The position numbers and the translations under genes were made by a program. A DNA stretch of 64,000 nucleotides from Chlorokybus atmophyticus (lineage: Eukaryota; Plantae; Mesostigma and Chlorokybus algae): contig RHPI01002955.1 in NCBI GenBank assembly GCA_009103225.1, forward strand, positions 92,486-156,485. Direction: 5' to 3'. Shown in pieces: positions 54,770-64,000 of the stretch (within the stretch, counting starts at the first letter, position 1; the number at the start of each line of letters is the position of its first letter). The notes under the pieces were generated by a model. It made no database searches. It was not told the DNA's origin and saw only the letters and a program-made list of their open reading frames with translations.

Positions 54770-57700
54770 TGCTACTTGCTTGTTGGCTGACAACTTTGGT
54801 TTCTTGGTGCGGGCTGTTGTCAAAACTTTGCCAACACGAAACCTTGCTAACACAAAACCTATGTTTTTCAGAATCAACTGTTGATATGTATATGGCGCAA
54901 CAACATGCAACGCCTCAATTGGTAAAAGTATTCCAACAAGCACGGGTTGTTATCTCTCAATACTGCCATCTATTGTATTATACAAACGACTGATACGTCG
55001 GCGTGTGTCATTAATTACGCTGTTCAAGGCGTCCACAACACATCTAGACACATTTCGTGATATTTGTTTTGAATGGCAAATATGGACTCCTTTCTCTTCC
55101 ATGTGGTTCATGATGACTCGCTTCGCTCGACTCGTTCTATACGACTCTCTCTTTCCATTGGAAATCGTGCAGGACACCTCAGCAAGTTTATTGATAAGTT
55201 GGCAGCTTTGTACGGCTGCGATGGCAGAAAGTAAAGTAAAGTAAGAATGTCATCTGGGACCGTCCCTTATGCGACATTCTTTTGCTGTAATAATTAAGTC
55301 ATCGACTCTGCGGTAGTAGGCATCAGTTAGATATGTTGTGTCTGCATGTATAATGATGCCGTAAGCGTCTGGGTGCATCGCAGATCCCACGTTTTGTATG
55401 GCTTGTTTTCTACTATGAAGAACCCAGTATGGCGCAAAGTCTTCATATACGGCAGAGGTCTTGTCCGCGGTGAAAATAATGGTTTTGCCAACGCAAATTG
55501 ACAAAGCCTGTTGATTTAATCGGAGAAGCTGCGCAAACAAGCATTATTAGCTAGCGCACCAAAAGTCAAAGTGTACGCTATACTTACATTTTGTTCGACA
55601 TCCTCAGCAACCCCCTCAGATGCAATCAGCGTTTGCCGTCTCCAAATTGGCACATGTGATCGATTAAGGCAGTGCGTGCAATCTTCGTCAAGACAATTGG
55701 CGCAAAAACGGAATAACTTTTAAGGAGTGAAGCGGTCGACTTCTCCTGTGCTTCAAACGCATTGAAATCGTTGCGTGCTTGATATCAAGCGATATGAGCG
55801 ACCAACTTTACAATGGTCTACCTCTTTAAGTCTCCACGAGGTGCACAAAACGCTTCCGACTTTTAGCATGCTCTTCTCGAGATGCATACGAGGACTCGGC
55901 ACCTCTGCTGTACATTACTTCCGCAAATTGCATGATGGTTGCTGCATCAAAAATCTCAACACCTTGTTTGCTGGCTAGATACAGATGCCGCTTCTTTGTT
56001 CCTCCTTGCCCATCATTCACCCTTGACGTGTTGAGGACATGGGTAATGCCATTCCATCTTGATGGTGTGAAAATGGTAATTTATGTCGTCAGAATGCATT
56101 CGTGCTGCTGGTGTGCTGTACTGTGCCACTTGAGCAAAGTGATTGGCGCATTTGTATTGCACAGCACAAGTATTACTCCATTGACCACCTTCTGCACACT
56201 GATGTCTCGTTGCTTGTAGTCAATGAGTAATCGCTTCATGCAATGATGCACAGAAACGTTGTCCTTTTCAAGGTCATTGGAGATCCAAAAGTGCACCTGT
56301 GACGAATTGAACGCAGGGACACGTTAACCAGTCGGCAAATTTTAGACAACACAGACGCTATATTACCTTTTTTATGCGTCAGGACTCACCGTTGCTCGAT
56401 GTCACTCCGTCAATGTGTAGCTGAGCATGACATCAGATTATTTGCACCATGGGCAAAGCGCTGCTGCATCAACTCGTGGTTAGGCTTGGATGCGTAGTTC
56501 TCTAAACAAAACACTGATACTGATGACCGAATCTTTTTAAAAAGTTTGCAAACACTGCCTTTGCTGCTCAACTTGCCACTGCGACAAGAACGAGCGTAGC
56601 TTTAAATTTTTAAGCTTTTGTTGGAGTTTGGTGATGAATTAGACAAAAAGGTCATAGTCTGCTTGAGAAAGTCCACCCTTGCATACTCACGAACTTCGCC
56701 GTTTTCTCCCTTGCCTGATTGCATGCTTTTAACGTACAGCCTTGGCTGCAGCATTTGATGTTTACAAGCAAGTTCTTTAGGACAGGAAGAATAATTAATC
56801 CAGCCGCAATGAGGACAATCTCCTATAATGCACGGATGGTTGTTATACAGACTGTCGCTTTCTTTGTCGCAAATTGTGAAATCTAGCAGCCTTGTAATAG
56901 AAGCGTTTTTTAATGCAGGTGAGTTCAGTAGCTAACATCTGGTGTACAGCTTGCATTTACACTTGTGTCGGCATGTGCAGTTCTATTTGACATGAATAAA
57001 AAAGTAGGAGATAATACTGTTAATCAGTGGACTACGTCATAGGGAGGCTTGCGGCGTACCTGACATACAATGCATTTGCATCTGCAGTTGGCGTGCTTGT
57101 CTTTTCAAAATTGAAACAGCGCCATCACAAGCTCTTTCATCTCTGTATGTTGCGAGCATGCGCATACATGCCGAACATCTCGTCCATCCACATAATGGGG
57201 CTCTGATCTTCAAATATACGTTGATTCACGACTATATCAGGATTCTTCAAGCAAAAAACTAGGTATGAAGCCGTTTATGTAGTGCCCTCAAACCAGCGTT
57301 TGGTAACAAACTCTTCAGGATGCCGTTGTCCATTCATGTCGCGGAGCAGTCTCTTGTCACGTTTGCATGCTGATATTCTGGTGTTGCAGATCCAAAACTC
57401 TTCTCTATGTTGCCTTATAGCTAGCGTCACTGTGTCTTTGCGCGTCTGTCGCTTTTGGATACTCTAATCATCCAGATAGGTAACTAGTTGATACAATCGC
57501 TGATGACAAAAGTTGAGTACGCATGCTTTATCTGATACGCATCTTTTGTCTTTGTCAGCTAGCGTTGTTTTGGCTGCTTTCATTAGATTGTTTCTAGCTG
57601 TCCTATGGGCGTAATAGTGAGCGTTCTTGACATTGCTGTAGGCTGACTTGAATATGGCAGCGATGGTCTTGTATGCAGACGCTTTGCTAACAGTTTCTGA

Positions 57701-57905
57701 ACCTTCATTTTGAGCGACTGCGGCTGCATTAGTAAGATCCTTCATTAGTTTCTTAAGCACATAAGCTTTGTATGTGTCACCCTTATAAGAGTGTTCCTAA
57801 AGAATTGCCTGGATTGCAGCAACGGTGTGCTTGACTTTGCTTTCTTTTGCTCTTTGGTGTACGGTTAAGACCGCGATTCCTAATTCATTGACTTGCGCAT
57901 GGTTG
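54770..57905 (-). mobile_element. Decayed eukaryotic DDE-type DNA transposase remnant, superfamily unassigned
   Basis: Ordered motifs FCLENY (about 56500), HFWISNDLEKD, WSNTCAVQYKC (about 56180-56145), EWHYPCPQHVKGE/DGQGGTKKR (about 56050-55985, frameshifted), Cys cluster CLDEDCTHCLN. AT-richer than flanks. No TIRs found; boundaries approximate. Confidence 0.7.
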
Positions 57906-60533
57906 TACGTGCTTATAAGTACCAGAGGCTCCCGGTGGGCCAGTTGCCCTTGAAAATTGGAAAGACGAGCGCGGACTTCAATGAGATTGACCGGTCGGCG
58001 CGGGCGTCATATCCCAGAATAGCCGGGGTCGTGTAGCGGGGTGGTGTTGCTTGTGGACGGCTCTTGGCTGAGGCGATGCAGGCTAGGTGCACTTGATCCC
58101 CGTATTGTACTTCCCATGTGTGAAGTGAGCGTGCCAAGGAGCGTGCGCTGATCATCGCAACTCTGAGCGGTGCGAGGAGCGGCACCTCGTAATAGCTGGC
58201 AATGCCGGAACAGCTAGAGCTCGCGCCGAAGATAGCGCTCTTGCATGGACCAGGCGGAAGCAGCGGCGACATGGTTGACTGAGGCTATAGCCTTGTGTTG
58301 CCGGCGATGCGCAGTTGGGCAGTGAGCAAGAGTATCTTGTGGAAGTTCTCCTTCTGTGGCGTTAACCGGCCCCCGTTGGGCAAGTGAGCCATGGTTGATC
58401 TTTGATTGCACGCGGCATTGGCAATGTGTGCTGAAGTGACATGCTGAGCTGTGTGTGGATGTGCGGCCTCGTATGCGAAGCCGGGCTCAGATGCTGCCAA
58501 CCAAGAGGCTTTACTAGGTTAGCGCTCAGCGGCGCCACCTTGCAGTTGACTCAAATGGTGGAGCCTGATGTCAGCATGAGAGCGGGCGCGCTCGCGCACA
58601 TAATGCAAAGAGGTGGCTGTGCCGTCGTACACAGCGCACCGCGGCCTCTAGATGACGCATCTGCTGCGCATAGACGTTGAGTTCAGCGGCGTTGGTGGGC
58701 GTGTTACCTACAATTTGCTGTAGCAGCGTAGCGTCGTCCAGTAGGGGTATGTTGGTGACCACCATTAGGGGTCGCGCTGGAGAAAGTGGCAATAGTGCTT
58801 TGTGGTGGTGGGCCGTGGCGCGCGCCTGTGCACGGGGGTTCGGATCCTCCTCCAGCGATGGTGTGGTGAAGTCCATGCGTGGTTGAACGGTCAGTGGTTG
58901 GCCGCCCATCAGCTCCTATGCCAGCGTCCCGTATTTGGCCAATGTAATGAGCCAATGCTGCGCTAGCCTGTGGAGACGTCATGGGGATTCATATGTCCGG
59001 TCCCACCGAACATGTTTACCCTCAAGCACTTCTCAGACTGTTCGATCCTTGGCGTCCGCAACTTGCCTTAAAGGTGGTCGAGCCGTCGTCGCAGCAAAGC
59101 GATGAGCGGAGCATCTTCAGGAACGAGGTGGACTCTATTGCGCTAGTTCTTGTAGTGACGAGATACGCGAGCCCAGCCTTGTCGTCGTTAGGCAGGACGG
59201 CGTCAAAGTCCTCCGAGAGGAAGGGGTTACGTCGAGTGTCTGCTAATACTTGAAGTGCCCAGAGTTCCACGGCCTCAGGTAAAGGCCACACGTTCAGCTA
59301 AGGGGCTTCGCGGAGTTGGTGCTGCAGCCGGCGTCGAAGTTCCTAATTATGCATGTCAGCGTGAAGGCACTGGGTAGCCAGGAGCACCCCGGCGGCGCTC
59401 GTAAAGCAGATTCATTTGGAGCTCCTCATACGAGCGAGCGACGGGGGCTTCCACCCGTCCCTGTGCAGTGACCTCCTCCTAAGTAAGGGCGAGGTATTTT
59501 GTGCTAAGATGAAGTAGTCGCAATGGTTGCAGGAATGGAGAGGTGGAAGGCCATGTGGTGGCCAACCGTGCCAGTGCTAGCCGAAGCTGTGTCAGCCTTT
59601 GTAAGCAGTTTACTTTGGGCATAGCCCACTGTTCAACTTTTGTATTGTCGGTTAGGGAGAGCATATGATAAAGTGCGTTGGCTAAACTGAAGGGAGGCAG
59701 GCCATTGGGCATTTGCTCCAAGATATTGCGTAAAAGAGGATTTGCAGTAGCTTCCGCAGGCTGTCGTCCTTCCGCCATCACCTCGCGCACAAGCAAGGTC
59801 AAGTGATCATTATTCTCGGTTCAAAACGCCGCTTCCTCTGCCGGGGCGAGGGTGGTGTTAAAGTAGGCTCGCGCCAACTCGAGCGCAAAAGTGAGAGTGC
59901 AACCAGGCATGTAACAGTCAACACCGTCACAAGGCAGCTATTCATTAGTTTGAGGCAGCTCGGATGGTTGCTGAGCCATGCGCTCAGAGGTAGCCTGTGC
60001 ACTCTGGATCGCACTTGCCAATGTGACCGCACGAGTGCTCAGCAATGTGCATTATCCACTACGCTTTGTTGGAGCAGCTCAGCTCGCATTGGTGGTGAGT
60101 TAGCTTTTGGTTTTGCCGCTGGTGATTCGACTCGTTGTCTTTGCAGGAGATGACCGTGATCGATTACGCAGTGGTGTTGTTGAACGGCCGGATCGGGAGG
60201 TAGTACCCACGAACCTCCATGACTAAGCAGAGCAAGCAAAAAGATTACTTAGTGCATCCCTGCGACTTGAAAGGTCTTTAATTTGAGCAAGGAGAACATC
60301 CTTCTCGTTTTGCATGTCAGGCACCGCGGGAAAGGGAGGCCACCTTAATAGCTTTGCCTTTATGCTTGCTGTTGCTAACTTGGTTCGTCTTCTCCTTCCC
60401 CTTTTCCCAATTGTTGTTGTTTTTTTTTTAGCCATATTGCCGTTGTTGCCGACGGCAACTTGCCGTTGTTGGCACCAGCACTGGCTAAGGAGGAATTTAT
60501 TGAGAGCTTTCCTAAACTCAGGGTGCAGCGTGT

Positions 60534-63500
60534 AGCGCAGCACTTTCAGGTGCCCGTCCATGCCACAATGGTTGCAGTGGACGTCTGCTCGTTGCATGGG
60601 ATATTGTTCGATGAAGTGCCCTTCCTTGCCGCACGCGTGACAAGTCGGGTGGGGTTGTCTTCCATGCGCACGACGGCGTGGGCAGCGCGAGGGTTCGCGG
60701 GCGGGGCGAAATTCGAGGCTGGAGTGGTGTTGCTTCTCCAACGTGCCAGGCCACTTATTTTCATGGCTGCCTACTCCAATACCATCTCTTCTTGCCAATG
60801 TATGGCGCTGGTGTATGCTTGCCACATCGAGTAGCCAGGTGTGCCTGGTGTGCCGTCCAGATCAGTCTTCACGTGTTTGCAGAGATTTTCCTCAAAATTC
60901 TCCACATGCACGATGGCCAAGTGCTGAACATTGACAAGGGGCATACCGCCTAAGGTGGTCTCGTCGACCAGCCTGACGATGTGCTCGTCATGGATGGGAG
61001 TTTTTGTGTGCTTCCGCTTAAGCCAGATGAGCTCTCGGGGCTTCTTGACAGTGTTGGCAGGGAAGCGGTGGTTCAGACGCGTGATGAGATCTTCCAATGG
61101 TAACATCGGCGCTGCTGTAGTAGCCAGGTCCACAGCAGCAGGTGGCTGACGTGTTGCTGGAGGGGCGGTGGTGTTAATAGCCATTGTTAATGCGAGTGCG
61201 TTGGCGGTAACAGCTGCTTTGCACATGATAGCGTAACCCGCAGGGGTTTCATCGGTGGGTGCTAAAAAGGGTGCGGCGGTGGTGGTAGAAGTATTAGACG
61301 CACTGCTCCCGGTGTTCGTGACCTCTGTTTGAGAGAGAGTAGCTTCCCGTGGAGGACGCAAGACCACTCTTGGCGCCACAGGCAGCGCGCGTGGGGCGCC
61401 CAATCTTTCCGCAGCCGAGATGGCTGGACCAGTGTGACGGTGCCAGTGTTACTATTACAACCAGGGCCTGAGCTAGAGCGGAGAAGTTTTTTGTCTTCGA
61501 GAAGGGGTGGCGACTTCATGCCACACGGCTGCAGCGACGGCATTCAAATAGTCAGCAGTAAGACGGAACTCCTGGTGATCAATTCAGGTGATGTTGGCTC
61601 GGATCTTTATGTTGAAGCGATTAATCCATTCCCTCACAGAGATGGAGTTTGCAGCTCCAATGAAAACGAGCTTCCGGTTGCCACTGATGCTCCCGCTATT
61701 GTTGCGGTTGCCATCTAAAGCAGCCATGTCTTCTTCGCTATCGACAACTAAGGTCGACAAGGGAAGGAAGACAGTCACTCGCAGCAGCAAGTGGGTTGTC
61801 AATACCCACTTTATCAGCTGTTAGAGTAGAAAAATCTGGGGCAACGCCTACCAGGGATGTAGCGAACTTAGCCTGCCTCAAGCCCTGAGTGACCTTGCTT
61901 TGCATGCTCCCAGCTGAGTCCTTGACTCCTGTGAGGCATGCACACCGCGCGCAAAGAGCACAAACAAGGCAAATGCAAGTGCATACGACGAAAACAATAA
62001 TGAAAGCGCCGTGGAGTGAGTTGCAAGTCAACAAGCTCCTAAGCAAGGACGCTTGGAAAATGGACACAGTGGTCACGCAATGTATGTGTGCGGGGATGTG
62101 TAGCCAAGTGAGACGAGATCACACACCACAAGCACCAAGTGTGCAAGTGTGAGCAAGCATGGTTACGACTGAACAATAAGTGGGGTGCGAGCAAGCATTG
62201 CAGCTGTGTAGGAATGATGCAGTGTGCAAGTAGCAAATGCGATGGCCACAACCATGAGCAAAGAGTGTACACTTGCAAGTGTGCACTTTTTGCGGGCAAC
62301 GGGCAAAGGCCAATCCGTGGAAACACGACAGTTTGTCGGAATATCTGATCTACTAACAGCACGTACTCAACTATCACTGAACTACTTGTACTGCGGGGCT
62401 CTACTCCATCAAGCCTCGGGCGCTCATCGGCTCCAATGTGGGCCAACGGTTAGTCTCTGGCGGTGCCACCGCCACTTCTGCTCAAGTTCGTCTACTAGCA
62501 ACTCACTTTCGATGCTTGCTGCGGGCTTCACCTCCGTCGGCTGTCAACACGGCCCGTCGCCATGTTGACCGCGTCCTGATTGGTCGAGACCCATACTGGC
62601 AGGTGGCTGTAGGCGCGGCCCGCTAATATAAGGGCTGCGTCCCGTTTGGCAGAGATGTTGCTGGCAATTTGAAAGCGGGTTGAGAGATCTAGGCACCATC
62701 AGGACAGTCTTTGGTGTAGTGTGCAGTGCGAGAGAGAAGTGGGTGTTGAGGGTCACCGTTGTGACACGGTATATAAAGGTTAACGATAGCGTGCAACATG
62801 CAAAATATGTGCATGTTTCAATGATAATATCATCTCATTGCTTGAGTAAATTAACCTTTTGAATATTTTTTGGTATTCACGAAAACACTATTATATGACC
62901 TGAATGCGCATGATAATTATGCATGCTTAGCTTTTTTGCAACTCATATGTTAACTAATCCGAGTGCATATAAACACCGGACGCATACTGCACAATTGACC
63001 CGGACAACCCTTTTTCCCCATTGCTCTAAGCCATAGGCACTCTAGTGCGTTCATTGTGTCATTGCCTTGACGCACCGGTAGCGAAAAGCAGTATCCACCT
63101 TCATGCATGCGCATGGCAAGCAGAACATACAAGAATATTCGTATATGCGGTGCTAGTATTGGTGTGACATTTCGCCCTTCATCTGGAATGATTCCCTCTG
63201 ATACAGGAACCGCACAGAGTGAGAGAGATTCCTTCCTTCACCGCCAGACTAGTAAGAGGATTAGTAAGAGGTGCACGCCGCTAAGCTCTGACAGAGAGAG
63301 AGACAGAGAGAGCGGCCTGATCGTGGCTTCAACCCCACATTATGATGGGCAAGGATGAAGCGACGGAGGGGTGCAGCAACAGCGTTGCCGTCGTCCACAA
63401 CCACGACGACATGGGCAAGCTGATAATGCACAACGACGACCTCCTCAGCAGCGCCGTCCGCCCCCAGGCGCCTGCTGGCGACAACACCTATGGCCAGACC

Positions 63501-64000
63501 GCCGCTTCCAGCGGGAAGGAGGCGGAGGATAGCGAGCAGGAGGGCGGAGGCGCTGAGACTCAGAGCAAGCACAAGGTGGTGGGGATGCATACGCACACAG
63601 CCGCATACAGATGCATAATGGCACACACCATGTCCATGTCTACATGCCCGCAGGCACAACAGCTGCAGCCAGACAGTGCATTGCTCAAACGAAATATTCC
63701 TTGCTGAGTTATGCCCCCACTGTGATGTGGCTGCATCAGCCGTTTAACGGCTTTGTGCAATCTTGTGGTCATACCAGTCCAAAGTGGGACTAATGATCAC
63801 ATTACAAGGCTGACATGGTTGAATCAAAATGGCGAAGCAATACTAATCTTGACAATCCACATGCAGCCCTGTAGACGCAAGTCATGCTCAACTTAGGGTT
63901 ATATGTATGTATAGCAATGTATCTCTTCAGTATATATGTCTGGTATTGTTTCTTACGTGCATGTATCTTGCATGTGTGTCATGTGTTGCATGTTTCTAAT
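60534..64000 (-). repeat. Segmental inverted repeat copy 2 of 20440-23929
   Basis: Reverse-complement near-identity with small indels; runs off the window end. Confidence 0.95.
63342..63575 (+). CDS. Exon 1 of RING-CH paralog E; remaining exons predicted beyond the window
   Basis: MMGKDEATEG..AETQSKHK with GT donor at 63576. CAG where paralog A has TAG. Confidence 0.55.

Larger units (their letters stand above)
52300..62766 (-). mobile_element. Second PHD-bearing Ty3-like element, decayed, no DNMT visible, interrupted by a DNA-transposon remnant
   Basis: 5' end TGTCACAAC at 62766; gag with knuckles; protease-like remnant (about 58200-58100); RT end HPSKCTFF..LLGLTNYY; RNaseH; integrase HGHFGMKR..CLSC, GLAERMVQT; PHD 52319-52543; G-rich tract GGCAGGGGGGGAG. 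Continuity across the insert is inferred. Confidence 0.72.

Noticed and set aside
54770-57905. Terminal inverted repeats or TSD for the DNA transposon
   Set aside because: None identifiable by eye at the estimated boundaries.

Overview
Eukaryotic, transposon-saturated window (GT-AG introns, microsatellites, LTR retroelements). It most resembles a green-algal or charophyte genome, but that is inference. Roughly three quarters is nested, mostly disabled LTR retroelements. 0.7-7.5 kb: two divergent chromovirus-family derivatives sharing an LTR. 8.7-15.9 kb: a Ty1/copia nest. 31.5-36 kb: a conventional Ty3/gypsy. Five or six pieces of an unusual Ty3-like group are also present. The best preserved (21695-31494) encodes gag-protease-C5 cytosine DNA methyltransferase-RT-RNaseH-integrase-PHD finger. 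The most striking structural signal is the ends of this group. Two diverged members have 3' ends arranged G-rich tract-B-(GACAGCTGTC palindrome)-A-B, while the 5' ends seen start at A alone (TGTCA...). This is a split-direct-repeat A...BAB layout known from tyrosine-recombinase retroelements, but here the elements are protease/DDE-integrase type. Between the TEs lie five paralogous copies or part-copies of a multi-exon RING-CH (MARCH-like, two TM) E3-ligase gene, spread partly by two segmental duplications (direct 17.6-19.4/36.0-37.7 kb; inverted 20.4-23.9/60.5-64.0 kb). There is also a decayed DDE DNA transposase (about 54.8-57.9 kb). Two very long perfect microsatellites end at Ns and are probably assembly-inflated. 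All calls come from manual motif reading; no database searches were run.
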